Below, in pieces: positions 30,390-41,002 of a DNA stretch of 64,000 nucleotides; within the stretch, counting starts at the first letter, position 1, and each line of letters starts with the position of its first letter. The notes beneath the pieces were generated by a model. It saw only the letters and a program-made list of their open reading frames with translations. It was not told the origin of the DNA and did not search any database. A program made the position numbers and the translations under genes. Source of the DNA: an uncultured Planctomycetota bacterium (GTDB lineage Bacteria; Planctomycetota; PLA2; JAEUHO01); NCBI GenBank assembly GCA_963752285.1, contig CAVVXN010000005.1:128001-192000 (forward strand). The letters are read 5' to 3'.

Positions 30390-31898
30390 TCAGCGGCCGT
30401 TCCGGCCGTTCGCGCCGACCGAGAGCGCCGTCCGCGCCTCCCGGCTCCGCTCCGACTCGATGGTCCGTAGCACCTGCGACGTCACGTCGCCGGTCGGGTA
30501 CACGCCGTCCATGCACGCCATGCAGAAGCGCTCCACGCGCTTCATCGGACCGCGCACGGCCTTCGCCATCTCGTCGATGGTCATGTACACGACCGCGTCG
30601 GCGCCGATCGCCTTCGCCACGCGCTCGTCGGTGCTCTCGCGCCGCGCGAGGAACTCGCCCTTCGTCTGCATGTCGATGCCGTACACGCACGGATGCTGGA
30701 TGCGGGGCGCCGTGATGCCGACGTAGACCTCCGCCGCGCCGGCCTGCCGCACCATCTCGACCACGGCCCGCGTGGTGGTCCCGCGCACGAGGCTGTCGTC
30801 CACCAGGAGGACGCGCTTGCCTTCGAGCTCCATCGGGAGCGTCGTGAGCTTCGCCCGGACGCTCTTCGCGCGGTTCACGCCCTGCGGCATGATGAAGGTG
30901 CGACCGATGTACCGGTTCTTGAGCAGGCCCTCGCGGTAGCGGACGTCGAGCGCGCGCGCACACTCCAGCGCCGCCGGGCGTGCCGAGTCGGGCACGGGGA
31001 CGACCACGTCGGCCGCGATGCCGCGCGCGAGCACGAGCCCGGCGAGGGCTTCGCCGAGGCGCAGGCGCGCCTTGTACACGCTGATGTCGTCGATCACGCT
31101 GTCGGGTCGCGCGAAGTAGATGTACTCGAACACGCACGGCCGGTGCTTGCCGCGCCCGCGCCCGTTCAGGACCTTGTTCTGGAGCCGGCCCGACGGCGTG
31201 ACGAGCACCACCTCGCCGGGATCGAGGTCGCGGACGAGCTCGAAGCCGATGGCGGCGAGCGCCGCGCTCTCGCTCGCGACCGCCCACTCCGTGCGCCGCC
31301 CGCGACGCCGCGAACCGAGCACGGCCGGCTTGATGCCGTACGGGTCGCGGAAGGCGAGGAGCCCCTTCCCGCCGACGATCGCGACGCCGCTGTACGAGCC
31401 GTGCACGCGGCGAAACACGTCCTGCATCGCGTGGAAGGCGGCGTTGGGCCAGCCGCGCCCGCGCTCCTGCGCCAGGCCCGCGGCGAACACGTTGAGGATC
31501 GCCTCCACGTCGCAGGCGGTGCCGAGGCGCCGGCGGTCGCGCGTCGCGAGCTCGCGCTTCAGGGCGGGGAAGTTCGTCACGTTGCCGTTGTGGGCCATCG
31601 CGATGCCGTACGGCGCGTTCACGTAGAGCGGCTGCGCGTCCGCGGACGTTCCGCTCCCGACCGTGGGGTACCGCGTGTGCCCGATCGCCACCCGGCCCTT
31701 GAGCGACGGCAGGTTCGTCGCGTCGTCCAGCCGGAAGACCTCGCTGACGAGGCCCTGGTTGCGAACGGTGTGGAAGGTCTCCCCGTCGAACGAGGTAATG
31801 CCCGCGGCGTCCTGGCCGCGGTGCTGCAGCGCGAGGAGGGCGTCCGCGACCTCGAGGGCCGCGTCGGGACCGGCGTGGATGCCGAAGAAGCCGCACAT
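30390..31898 (-). CDS. purF: Amidophosphoribosyltransferase
   Basis: N-terminal MCG nucleophile, LQHRGQD, GHTRYPT, HNGN, CVFEYIYFARPDS, VDDSLVRGTT and Fe-S Cys (PCVYGID, CMAC). Confidence 0.97.
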   Translation of the reverse strand: MCGFFGIHAGPDAALEVADALLALQHRGQDAAGITSFDGETFHTVRNQGLVSEVFRLDDATNLPSLKGRVAIGHTRYPTVGSGTSADAQPLYVNAPYGIAMAHNGNVTNFPALKRELATRDRRRLGTACDVEAILNVFAAGLAQERGRGWPNAAFHAMQDVFRRVHGSYSGVAIVGGKGLLAFRDPYGIKPAVLGSRRRGRRTEWAVASESAALAAIGFELVRDLDPGEVVLVTPSGRLQNKVLNGRGRGKHRPCVFEYIYFARPDSVIDDISVYKARLRLGEALAGLVLARGIAADVVVPVPDSARPAALECARALDVRYREGLLKNRYIGRTFIMPQGVNRAKSVRAKLTTLPMELEGKRVLLVDDSLVRGTTTRAVVEMVRQAGAAEVYVGITAPRIQHPCVYGIDMQTKGEFLARRESTDERVAKAIGADAVVYMTIDEMAKAVRGPMKRVERFCMACMDGVYPTGDVTSQVLRTIESERSREARTALSVGANGRNGR

Positions 31899-32028
31899 CC
31901 GAGGAGGATCTCCAGTTCCGAAGGGCCGTAGAGTGTACGACCACCTCCTGCGTGGAGACCGTCTGGCGAGCGAGAGGGCGTTCGGCCCGCGGGTCGGCGC
32001 CGGGCGCCGGGCTGTGGACCGCAACGCG

Positions 32029-32631
32029 TCAGCTCGGCGTGCGGGCGCGCCGGGCGGGGAGCTTGCCCCGCGCCGCGAGGCGCGCCTCGATCTCCTGGAG
32101 GCGGAGGCTCTCCTCGATCTTCCGGGTGTACGTCTGCACGGTGTCGTCCGGCTGGTGCTCCAGCCGCAGGATGTCTCCGATCTGCTTCAGGAGCGCCGGA
32201 TCGTCCTCCAGGCGGTAGTTGTAGCGCACCATCAGGTAGCCGACGATGTCCAGGAAGATGCGCCGGCTGAAGTACGAGCAGATCGCGTGCATCGCGACGG
32301 TGATGGCGACCATCGCCACCACGGCGAAGGCCAGGTAGTAGCCCGCGTCCGCCAGGGCCGCCTGGGAGTCGTTGCTGGCCGAGGCGTGTTGGGACTGCCG
32401 GATCAGCACGTAGAGGTGGATCCCCACCCCGATCAGCACGAAGGAGAAGCCAACGATGCTCTCCAGGCGCTGCATGAAGAAGTTCCGGAAGTGCTTGACC
32501 TTGTCGATCTCGAGCCCGAGCAGCTCCTTCATGGCCCCCTTCTCCCGCTTGCCGGTCAGGGCGCGGGAGAGGAAGAAGACCCCGAGGAGGATCGCCAGCC
32601 AGGCGATGATCTGACGCTCGACGTATTGCAC
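32029..32631 (-). CDS. Hypothetical membrane protein (3 TM)
   Basis: Coding-like C-terminal part of track ORF 32029..33570, starting at a GTG (VQYVERQIIAW). TACGGT lies 7 nt upstream. Confidence 0.7.
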   Translation of the reverse strand: MQYVERQIIAWLAILLGVFFLSRALTGKREKGAMKELLGLEIDKVKHFRNFFMQRLESIVGFSFVLIGVGIHLYVLIRQSQHASASNDSQAALADAGYYLAFAVVAMVAITVAMHAICSYFSRRIFLDIVGYLMVRYNYRLEDDPALLKQIGDILRLEHQPDDTVQTYTRKIEESLRLQEIEARLAARGKLPARRARTPS

Positions 32632-32715
32632 GGCGCCGACCGTAGCCGTCCGCCCCCCGGGAGGCAAGGCGTCGGGAGGCCGCTCCCGCCCGGCGGCGCG
32701 GGTAGGCTGCCCGCC

Positions 32716-33408
32716 GTGGAGAACGTGCGCCGGGAGCTCGAGCGGCTGGGGCGCGCCTTGGTGCGGCGTCGGGCCCGCGCGGCCGCCGAGCGCTTCGGCC
32801 TCGTCGTGCTCCTGTTGCTCGTCCTCGGCGCCGCCGCGAGCCGCTGGCTCGGCCCGTTCTGGCCGTTCGACCGGCTGGAGGGTCGCGTCCTCCCCGCGCT
32901 CGTCCTCGCGGGGGGGATCCTCCTCCTGGTCCCGACCCTGGCCCGGCTCGCCGTGCTCCTCCGCCTGCGGGTCCCGACGCGCCGCCTCGCCCGACGACTG
33001 GACGACGAGCACGGCTGGCGCGACGCGACGGACACCGCCCTCTCCCTCGACGCAGAAGCGCCCGGGCCCGTCGGGCGCTTCCTCGCCGCGCAGTCCGCGG
33101 GGCGGCTCGGCGACCTCGACCCCGCGCGGCTCCTTCCCACCCGGCCCCCGCGGCGCTGGCCGTTGCGGGTCCTCGCCGTCCTGCTCCTGCTCGTCCTGCT
33201 CCTCCCCGGAGTCGTCGGTCTCCCCGGCCGTGCCGGCGCGGGCCGCCGCCCGTCGGAGGGCGAGCCGGTGCCGCTCGTGGGCACACCCATCGACCTCTGG
33301 CTCCGGAGCCACGCCCGGGAGCCGCTCCCCGCGGAGCCCCTCCCGCCGCGTGCGGAGTCCTCGGCGCCCGGGCCCGCCGCGCCCGCGCCGGGCGGGGGGG
33401 CTCGATGA
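32716..33408 (+). CDS. Hypothetical membrane protein of DUF58/vWA cluster
   Basis: Two TMs, then an ARRLD...W.D...TAL motif and a third TM. The GTG has TAGGCT 7 nt upstream. Confidence 0.65.
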   Translation: MENVRRELERLGRALVRRRARAAAERFGLVVLLLLVLGAAASRWLGPFWPFDRLEGRVLPALVLAGGILLLVPTLARLAVLLRLRVPTRRLARRLDDEHGWRDATDTALSLDAEAPGPVGRFLAAQSAGRLGDLDPARLLPTRPPRRWPLRVLAVLLLLVLLLPGVVGLPGRAGAGRRPSEGEPVPLVGTPIDLWLRSHAREPLPAEPLPPRAESSAPGPAAPAPGGGAR

Positions 33409-34703
33409 CGCGCTCCGGCCGGTACGCACGCCGCCGGCTCGCGGCCCTGCTCCCCGCGCTCTTCGCGGCGGCCCTCCTCGGTGGCCGGGCCGGCACGGCC
33501 CCCGCGCGCGCCGCGCCGGCCGAGCCGGGCGCGGTCGTGTGGACGTCGGACCTCGACCGCGCGTACGCACAGGCCCGCGCGCAGGGGACCGCGGTCTTCC
33601 TCGCCGTGCACTACCGCGGCGGGGCGGGCGCGCCGACGGGGCGCGCCGATCCCGAAGCCTGGCGCGCGGTCTACGACGATCCGCGGGTCGCGCGCGCGGC
33701 CCGGGGCTTCGTCGCCTGCCAGCGCGTGCGCTCCCTCCCCCCCGACGCCGACGCGCGGCCCCGCGCGCCCGACCACCTCGTCCTCGCCCCGGACGGTCGG
33801 GTCCTCGCCCGGCTCGACGGCGGGACGGTCGCGCCCGGGGAGGCCGCCGTGCTCGCCCTCGTGGACCTCCTCGACCGCGGCCGCCGCCAGCTCGGCACCG
33901 GGCGCGCCGAGGGCCCGACCGCCCCCCCGGCCGCTCCCGGGTCGGCCGACGCGAGTGGCGCAGGCGCGGTGCCCGGCCCGCTCGGCCTGGCGCCGCGGGC
34001 GCGTGGTGTCCGCGTGCACCTCGGCTTCCTCGGCGTGCTCCCGCCCGTCCCGGGCGGCGCCGGCGCGCTCGACGCGCGGGTGCTCGCCGCGTGGGACCGG
34101 AAGCCTCCGGTCGACGTGGGCCGGGTCCGGATCCGGTCGGGTGTCGCGGCGCCGGACCTCCCCGTGGACGTGCCCTTCGCGTCGCTCGGAGCGGACGACC
34201 CGCTCCCGCGCGGTCCGCACGAGATCGCCGTGTGGATCGCCCCGGCGCCGGGTGGGTACCGCTTCGCCGACGCGCCGATCTACCTCGGCCTCGTCCGGAT
34301 CGACGTGGGCGAGGGCGGCGGCGGGGGCGGTGGCGCGTCGGGCCCGAGGCCCGACCCGACCGAGCCCCAGCCGCCGCCGTCGCCGGCCGCGCCGAAGGGC
34401 GCTGGGGAGAAGGCGCCGCCGCCGCCGAAGCCGCCCGGTCCGACCGAGGTCGTCCAGCCGTTCGTGCGCGACCCCGACGCCCCGCGCGTGAAGAAGGAGG
34501 ACGCCCTCGTCGCGGTGCCCGACCCCGACCACGCGCTCCGTCCGCCGTCCACGGTGCCGCTCTCCGACGCGCTGAGGGACCTCGACCGGGTGATCGAGCA
34601 CGCGATGGGCGACGAGCACGTCTCGGCCGCGGACCGCGCGTACCTGGTCCGGTACTTCGAGGCGCTCCGTCGGGCGGCGGGCGCCGGCGAGGGGCCGCGG
34701 TGA
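33405..34703 (+). CDS. Secreted protein with Cys-less thioredoxin-like N-terminus and Pro-rich tail
   Basis: Signal peptide, WTSDLDRAYAQARAQG..VFL and C-terminal E.VS..DR.YLVRYFEAL. ATGA coupling to the upstream gene. Confidence 0.65.
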   Translation: MTRSGRYARRRLAALLPALFAAALLGGRAGTAPARAAPAEPGAVVWTSDLDRAYAQARAQGTAVFLAVHYRGGAGAPTGRADPEAWRAVYDDPRVARAARGFVACQRVRSLPPDADARPRAPDHLVLAPDGRVLARLDGGTVAPGEAAVLALVDLLDRGRRQLGTGRAEGPTAPPAAPGSADASGAGAVPGPLGLAPRARGVRVHLGFLGVLPPVPGGAGALDARVLAAWDRKPPVDVGRVRIRSGVAAPDLPVDVPFASLGADDPLPRGPHEIAVWIAPAPGGYRFADAPIYLGLVRIDVGEGGGGGGGASGPRPDPTEPQPPPSPAAPKGAGEKAPPPPKPPGPTEVVQPFVRDPDAPRVKKEDALVAVPDPDHALRPPSTVPLSDALRDLDRVIEHAMGDEHVSAADRAYLVRYFEALRRAAGAGEGPR

Positions 34704-35575
34704 GCGCCCTCCTCTCGCCGGCCGACCTGCGCCGACTCGACCGCCTCGGGGTGCGACGGCGGCGGAGCGTCCGCGGAGGCGCGCCCGGCGAGTGGCAGAG
34801 CCGGCGGTACGGCGCGTACGGCCTCTTCGCGGACCACCGGCCGTACTCGCCGGGCGACGACCTGAGGTACGTGGACTGGAACGTGTACGGTAGGCTGGGC
34901 GAGCTCTTCGTGAAACGCTTCGAGGCCGAGGAGAACGTGGACCTCGTCCTCTTCCTCGACCGCAGCCTCTCGATGTCGGGCCCGAAGGCGCTCGCCGCGC
35001 GCCGGATCGCCGGCGCGCTCGGCTATCTCGCGCTGACGCACCTCGACCACGTGCGCCTCGCGTGGCTCCCGGCGCCGGACGCGGGCCCTTCCGTGGGCGA
35101 CTACCGGGCGCGCTCGCGCGCCCAGGCGTTCCTCCGGGACCTCGAGCAGACGGGCGAGGGCGGCCGGACGGACCACGTGAGGGACCTGGGACGCGTCGTC
35201 GGCGCGATCCGCCGGCGCGGGCTCGCGGTCTTCGTGAGCGACCTCTTCGATCCGGTGGGCGCGATCCGCGGTCTCTCGCTCCTGCGCGGCATGGGCTTGT
35301 CGCTCTCGACGTTGCACGTGGTCGACCCGGCCGACGCCGCGCTCCCCGACGGCCACTCGTTCGTCGCCGTGGACCGGGAGACGGGCGAGAGCGTCGCGCT
35401 CGACGTGACCGACGAGCTCCGGCGCGGCGTGTACGAGGCGTGGGAGCGCCGCGCGACCGCGGTGATGCGCTGGTGTCGCGCGCACGAGGTCGCGTACCTG
35501 CGGGTGGACGCGCGGCAGAGCCTGTGGAGCGCGCTCCGGGACGCGCTTCGCGCGCGCGTCGCGATCGAGGCATGA
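34700..35575 (+). CDS. DUF58 family protein
   Basis: Motifs [23 protein letters not shown]...VKRFEAE, LDRSLSM, VSDL and DRETGE. Confidence 0.92.
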   Translation: MSALLSPADLRRLDRLGVRRRRSVRGGAPGEWQSRRYGAYGLFADHRPYSPGDDLRYVDWNVYGRLGELFVKRFEAEENVDLVLFLDRSLSMSGPKALAARRIAGALGYLALTHLDHVRLAWLPAPDAGPSVGDYRARSRAQAFLRDLEQTGEGGRTDHVRDLGRVVGAIRRRGLAVFVSDLFDPVGAIRGLSLLRGMGLSLSTLHVVDPADAALPDGHSFVAVDRETGESVALDVTDELRRGVYEAWERRATAVMRWCRAHEVAYLRVDARQSLWSALRDALRARVAIEA

Positions 35576-37524
35576 ACGGGTTCCTCGCCCCTCGGCTCGC
35601 GGCCCTCGGACTGCAGGCGCCCGCCGCGCTCGGCGTACTCGCCCTCGGCGTTCCGCTCGTGCTCCTCCACCTGTACCGGCGCCGGCGCGTGACCGTCGCG
35701 TTCCTGGGCCTCTTCACGGAGGCGCGCGGTCCCCGCCGCGCGGGGGCGGGCTTCCAGCGGGTGCGGGAGCGCGTGTCGCTCGCAGCGCGACTCGCGGCGC
35801 TCGCGCTCCTCGCGCTGGCGCTCGCCGGTCTCGCCCCGCGCGGAACGCGCGCGCCCGAGGAGGCGCTCGTGCTGGTCCTCGACGGGGACGCGACCGTCCA
35901 GGCGCGCGAAGGCGACGGGCGCACGCGCTGGGAGCACGAGGTGGACCTCGCGAGCGCCTGGGTCGGGAGTCGGCCCTGGCGGGCCGTCGCGGTGGTGGAG
36001 GCCGCCGGCGCGCCGAGGACGCTCGCGCCGCCCGGCCCTCCGGAGGCGGCGCGCGCCCGGCTCGCCCGGGTGACGGGCCCGGAGAGCGCGGGCCGGGGCG
36101 ACCTCGAGGCCGCGCTCGACGACGCACGCCGGGCGGCGAGGCGCCTCGCGCCCGCGCGGGTCCTCGCTTTGACCGCGCGCCCGCTCGACGTCCCACCCGA
36201 CGAGCCCGGCGTCTCGTTCTCGGCCCTCGGCGCCGGCGCGACGCGTCGCGAGCAGGGCTTCGTCTCGCTCGACGTGCTCCGCGCGGACGACGGCGTGCGC
36301 CGCCGCCTTCGAGCGCGCGTGCGGAACGAGGACGACGCGCCGGCCCGGCGCGACCTCGTCGTGCGTCTCGGCGACGCCGAGGTCGAGCGACGCGTTCTCG
36401 ACCTCGCGCCCGGCGCGACCGAGGTGGTCGACGTGGTGGTGCTCCCGCCGCGCGGCGGCGCGTACGCCCGTCTGGAACTCGAGGGCGGGGACGCGTATCC
36501 CGACGACGACCGGGTCGTCGCCTGGCTCGCCCCGCCTGCGAGGCCGTCGGTCCTCGTGGTCCACGCGGGCGCGGTCCGTCCCTACACCCGCGCGGTCCTC
36601 GAGGCGATGGGGGACGGGCTCGACCTCGCCCGATCGGGCACGGTGGACGTGCAGGACCTCGCGCGGGCGGACCTCGCCGACGTCACGATCGTGGACGGCG
36701 TCGCGCTCCCCGACGGCGCGCTCCGTCCCGGAGCGTGGCTCTTCCTCGCCCCGCTCGCGGGCGCGCTGCCCTTCGAGGTCGGTGTCCCGGTGGACGACCC
36801 GCTCGTCTGGCGGACCGCGCCCGACCACCCTCTCGTGCGCGACATCGACCTCGGCTCGGCGTGGATCGCGCGGGCCGACCCCGTGTCGGGGCCCGGCGTG
36901 GTGGCCCTCGCCGAGGCGGACGGGCGCGCGGTCCTCGCCGAGGGCGAGCGGGACCGCGTGCGGTACGTGGTGCTCGGCCTTCGGCCGGAGGCGTCCGACC
37001 TGCCGGTGCGGGCCGCGTTCCCGCTCCTCGTCCGAAACGCGATCCGGCGCCTGGCGCGGGGTCCCGTGGAACTGCTGCCGTCCTTCCTCGTGCCCGGAGA
37101 GGCGCTCGTGCCGCGCGCGCCGCTGCCGGGTGCCGGCCCCGCGGGCGTGGCGGAGGCGACCGTCGCGTGGGACGGCGCCTCCGAGGGTGCGCGGCTCGCC
37201 CCCGACGCGGCCGACTGGCGCGTCCCCGCCGGCGCGCGCGGGGAGGTCCGGGTCTCGACCGCCTCGGGCCTCGCCGCCCGGACGGCGTTCGTGGACGTGG
37301 ACCCGGGGCGGCGGATCGCGCCCGTGCGGCCGCCCGCGGTCGCGCCGGCGGCCGCCGCGCCGGTGCCCGACGACCTCGTGCGTTGGCGGCGTGCGCTCGT
37401 GACGCTCGCGTTGTTGCTGCTCCTGGCGGACGTCGCGCTCGTCGTCGCCGCGCGCGCCGGCGCGCGGGCTCCGGGCCTCCCGTCCGTGAGGGAGGAACTT
37501 GCCCCCCCGGCGCGCGTCGCGTAA
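35572..37524 (+). CDS. BatA N-terminal / vWA-like domain membrane protein
   Basis: PLVLLHLY, a degenerate vWA (VLVLDG..T), DHPLVRD, SDLP..AFPLL and a C-terminal TM. Confidence 0.8.
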   Translation: MNGFLAPRLAALGLQAPAALGVLALGVPLVLLHLYRRRRVTVAFLGLFTEARGPRRAGAGFQRVRERVSLAARLAALALLALALAGLAPRGTRAPEEALVLVLDGDATVQAREGDGRTRWEHEVDLASAWVGSRPWRAVAVVEAAGAPRTLAPPGPPEAARARLARVTGPESAGRGDLEAALDDARRAARRLAPARVLALTARPLDVPPDEPGVSFSALGAGATRREQGFVSLDVLRADDGVRRRLRARVRNEDDAPARRDLVVRLGDAEVERRVLDLAPGATEVVDVVVLPPRGGAYARLELEGGDAYPDDDRVVAWLAPPARPSVLVVHAGAVRPYTRAVLEAMGDGLDLARSGTVDVQDLARADLADVTIVDGVALPDGALRPGAWLFLAPLAGALPFEVGVPVDDPLVWRTAPDHPLVRDIDLGSAWIARADPVSGPGVVALAEADGRAVLAEGERDRVRYVVLGLRPEASDLPVRAAFPLLVRNAIRRLARGPVELLPSFLVPGEALVPRAPLPGAGPAGVAEATVAWDGASEGARLAPDAADWRVPAGARGEVRVSTASGLAARTAFVDVDPGRRIAPVRPPAVAPAAAAPVPDDLVRWRRALVTLALLLLLADVALVVAARAGARAPGLPSVREELAPPARVA

Positions 37525-37532
37525 AAACCGTC

Positions 37533-38996
37533 ATGGAAAAGCGACTGCTCGGGGAAGCTCTCACCTTCGACGACGTGCTGCTCGTCCCGGCGTTCAGCGC
37601 GCTCGTGCCGTCGGACGCCGACGTCCGCACGCGCTTCACGCGCCACACGCCTCTCAACGTCCCCATCGTCTCCGCCGCGATGGACACGGTGACGGAGAGC
37701 GAGCTCGCGATCTCGCTCGCGCGACTGGGCGGGATCGGCGTCATCCACAAGAACCTGTCGCCCGAGCGCCAGGCGCTCCAGGTGACGCGCGTCAAACGCA
37801 GCGTGAACGGCGTGATCGCCGATCCCGTGACGTTGCCCCCGGAGGCGCCGATCGGCCGCGCGCGCGAGCTGATGGACGTCCACCGCATCTCGGGGGTCCC
37901 GATCGTGGACGCGGGCGGCACCGTGGTCGGGATCCTGACCACCCGCGACCTGCGGTTCGTCCAGGGCGACGAGAAGGTCGGCGACGTGATGACGTCCGCC
38001 GACCTCGTGACCGCGCCGCCCGAGACGGACCTCGCGCACGCCCGCGAGATCCTGCGACACGCGAAGGTCGAGAAGCTCCTCCTCGTGGACCGCGACCGGC
38101 GGTTGCGCGGTCTCATCACGATCCGCGACCTGGACAACCTGGAGCGCTACCCCGCGGCGAACCTCGACCCGAAGGGCCGGCTCCTGGTCGGCGCCGCCGT
38201 GGGCGTGTTCGACGACGAGCGCGTGGCCGCCATCGTCGCGGCGCACGTGGACGTCGTGGTGATCGACACGGCCCACGGGCACTCGAAGAACGTCCTCCAG
38301 GCGCTCGAGCGCTACAAGACGGCGCATCCCAACGTGGACGTCGTCGCGGGCAACGTGGCGACGGAGGAGGCGGCGCGCGACCTGGTCGCCGCGGGCGCCG
38401 ACGCGGTGAAGGTCGGCGTCGGCCCCGGCGCGATCTGCACGACCCGCGTGATCGCCGGCGCCGGCGTGCCGCAGCTCAGTGCGATCTCGGCCGTCGCTGG
38501 GGCGCTCGAGGACACCGACGTCCCGGTCATCGCGGACGGCGGCATCCGGTACAGCGGGGACATCGTGAAGGCGCTCGCGGCCGGCGCGCACTCGGTGATG
38601 CTGGGGAGCCTCCTCGCGGGCGTGGAGGAGAGCCCCGGCGAGGTCATCTACTTCCGCGGTCGCACGTTCAAGGCCGTGCGCGGCATGGGCAGCGTGGGCG
38701 CCATGATGGCCGGCAGCGCCGACCGCTACGGCCAGGGCGACGTGCACCAGCGCGAGAAGTTCGTGCCGGAGGGCGTGGAGGGCCGGGTCCCGTACAAGGG
38801 ACCGCTCGGCACGCTCCTCTACCAGCTCGTGGGCGGTGTTCGGAGCGGGATGGGATACGTGGGTTGCGCGTCGATCGACGAGCTCCGCACGAAGCCGCGC
38901 TTCGTGCGCCTGACGCTGGCGGGGCTCCACGAGTCGCACCCGCACGACGTCCAGATCACCCGCGAGGCCCCGAACTACCTGATCGAAGAGCCCTGA
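37533..38996 (+). CDS. guaB: Inosine-5'-monophosphate dehydrogenase
   Basis: Motifs [19 protein letters not shown], a CBS pair, [25 protein letters not shown] and ESHPHD. Confidence 0.98.
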   Translation: MEKRLLGEALTFDDVLLVPAFSALVPSDADVRTRFTRHTPLNVPIVSAAMDTVTESELAISLARLGGIGVIHKNLSPERQALQVTRVKRSVNGVIADPVTLPPEAPIGRARELMDVHRISGVPIVDAGGTVVGILTTRDLRFVQGDEKVGDVMTSADLVTAPPETDLAHAREILRHAKVEKLLLVDRDRRLRGLITIRDLDNLERYPAANLDPKGRLLVGAAVGVFDDERVAAIVAAHVDVVVIDTAHGHSKNVLQALERYKTAHPNVDVVAGNVATEEAARDLVAAGADAVKVGVGPGAICTTRVIAGAGVPQLSAISAVAGALEDTDVPVIADGGIRYSGDIVKALAAGAHSVMLGSLLAGVEESPGEVIYFRGRTFKAVRGMGSVGAMMAGSADRYGQGDVHQREKFVPEGVEGRVPYKGPLGTLLYQLVGGVRSGMGYVGCASIDELRTKPRFVRLTLAGLHESHPHDVQITREAPNYLIEEP

Positions 38997-38998
38997 CC

Positions 38999-40540
38999 GT
39001 GTCGCACGAGCGCTTCCTCATCGTGGACCTGGGCAGCCAGTACGCCCAGCTCATCGCGCGGCGCGTCCGGGAGCACCGCTGCTACGCCGAGATCGTGCTC
39101 CCGAACGTCTCGCTCGACCGCGTGCGCGAGGCGAAGGGCGTCATCCTCTCGGGCAGCCCGTGGAGCGCGTACGACCCGCGGGCGCCGCGCGTCGATCCCG
39201 CGCTCTTCTCGTCGGGCGTGCCCGTGCTCGGCATCTGCTACGGCATGCAGCTCATGGCGGCGCTGCTCGGGGGCGAGGTCGAGCGGGCGCGCGCGCGCGA
39301 GTACGGCCCCGCCCGCATCTCGGTGCGACCCGGCGGCGGTGGGCTCTTCACGGGCCTCGGTCCGGAGCTCGACGTCTGGATGAGCCACGGCGACCGGGTC
39401 GAGCGACCGCCGGACGGGTTCGAGGACATCGCGTCCACGCCCAACGCGCCGCACGCCGCGGTGCGCGACCCCGCGCGCCGCCTCTACGGCGTGCAGTTCC
39501 ACCCCGAGGTGACCCACACGCCCCAGGGCTCCGACATCCTGGGCAACTTCCTCTACGAGGTGTGCGGCGCGTCGGGCGACTGGCGCATGAGCGCCTTCAT
39601 CGAGGAGGCGACCCGGCGCATCGCCGACCAGGTCGCCCCCGACGAGCAGGTGATCTGCGGGCTCTCGGGCGGCGTGGACTCCACGGTGGCGGCCGTGCTG
39701 GTCCACGCGGCGGTGGGCGACCGCCTCACGTGCATCTTCGTGGACAACGGCCTCCTCCGGAAGGACGAGGCGGAGGAGGTGGACCGCGCGTTCCGCGAAC
39801 GGTTCCGGATCGCCTTCCGTCACGTGGACGCGGGTGTGCTCTTCCTGCGGGACCTCCTCGGCGTCACCGATCCCGAAGAGAAGCGCCGGCGGATCGGCCA
39901 CCGGTTCGTCCGGGTGTTCGAGGAAGAGGCGAAGACCGTCGAGAACGTGCAGTGGCTCGCGCAGGGCACGCTCTACCCGGACGTGATCGAGTCGCAGTCG
40001 GCGTTCGGCGGTCCGTCCGTCACGATCAAGACCCACCACAACGTGGGGGGGCTCCCGGACGAGCTGGGGTTCCGGCTCCTCGAGCCCTTCCGGGACCTCT
40101 TCAAGGACGAGGTGCGTGCGATCGGCCGGGAGCTCGGCGTTCCCGACGCCATCGTGGACCGCCAGCCCTTTCCCGGCCCGGGCCTCGCCGTGCGGGTGGC
40201 AGGGGAGGTGACGGCGGAGCGGCTGGAGATCCTGAGGGAGGCGGACGCGATCGTGCGGGAGGAGATCGAGCGGACCGGCGCGCATCGGCGGCTCTGGCAG
40301 TACTTCGCCGTGCTCGTGCCCGTGAAGACCGTGGGGGTGATGGGGGACGAGCGGACGTACGAGAACATCGTCGCCGTGCGGGCGGTCGAGAGCACCGACG
40401 CGATGACCGCGGACTGGGCCGATCTGGGCAAGCCCTTGCTCACCCGGCTCGCGAACCGGATCATCAACGAGGTCCGCGGCGTGAACCGCGTCGTGTACGA
40501 CGTGTCCACGAAGCCGCCCTCGACGATCGAGTGGGAGTGA
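38999..40540 (+). CDS. guaA: GMP synthase (glutamine-hydrolysing)
   Basis: Motifs DLGSQY, GICYGMQ, QFHPEV, SGGVDS, KTHHNVGG, PFPGPGL and KPPSTIEWE. Confidence 0.98.
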   Translation: MSHERFLIVDLGSQYAQLIARRVREHRCYAEIVLPNVSLDRVREAKGVILSGSPWSAYDPRAPRVDPALFSSGVPVLGICYGMQLMAALLGGEVERARAREYGPARISVRPGGGGLFTGLGPELDVWMSHGDRVERPPDGFEDIASTPNAPHAAVRDPARRLYGVQFHPEVTHTPQGSDILGNFLYEVCGASGDWRMSAFIEEATRRIADQVAPDEQVICGLSGGVDSTVAAVLVHAAVGDRLTCIFVDNGLLRKDEAEEVDRAFRERFRIAFRHVDAGVLFLRDLLGVTDPEEKRRRIGHRFVRVFEEEAKTVENVQWLAQGTLYPDVIESQSAFGGPSVTIKTHHNVGGLPDELGFRLLEPFRDLFKDEVRAIGRELGVPDAIVDRQPFPGPGLAVRVAGEVTAERLEILREADAIVREEIERTGAHRRLWQYFAVLVPVKTVGVMGDERTYENIVAVRAVESTDAMTADWADLGKPLLTRLANRIINEVRGVNRVVYDVSTKPPSTIEWE

Positions 40541-40542
40541 GG

Positions 40543-40974
40543 ATGAACGACCCCGAGAACGCCTCCGGCATCGACGACCGCTACCCGCGCCTCCACTGGC
40601 GGCTCGACCCGCCGACCTGGAGCGCCTTCCGGCGCTTCGGGGTGACGCAGGACGTCGAGGCGGGGCACGTGGTCTTCTCCGAGGGGACGCCGTCGATCTC
40701 ACTCGTCCTCGTCGCCGAGGGGGAGCTCGTGATCAGCCGGGCCGGCCGCGAGCTCGCCCGCGTCGGCGAGAACTACTCGGTGGGGGAGATGGGCCTCCTC
40801 CTCGACATGCCGCGCGCCGCGACCGCGACCGCGAGCCGACCGACGAAGGTGCTCGAGCTCTCCCGCGCCGACCTCCTCCGGATGCAGGAGGAGGCGCCGC
40901 TCGTCTCGACGAGGCTCTATCGCGTCCTGGCGGAGTGCCTGGCGGACTACCTCCACCGCGAGTCGCGAAAGTAG
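40543..40974 (+). CDS. Stand-alone cyclic nucleotide-binding domain protein
   Basis: G..VFSEG...LV.EGEL...VGEMGLL..PRAATA phosphate-binding cassette; no HTH. Confidence 0.85.
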   Translation: MNDPENASGIDDRYPRLHWRLDPPTWSAFRRFGVTQDVEAGHVVFSEGTPSISLVLVAEGELVISRAGRELARVGENYSVGEMGLLLDMPRAATATASRPTKVLELSRADLLRMQEEAPLVSTRLYRVLAECLADYLHRESRK

Positions 40975-41002
40975 CCCGGCCGGGCCCGGGTGCCGGGACG
41001 GC

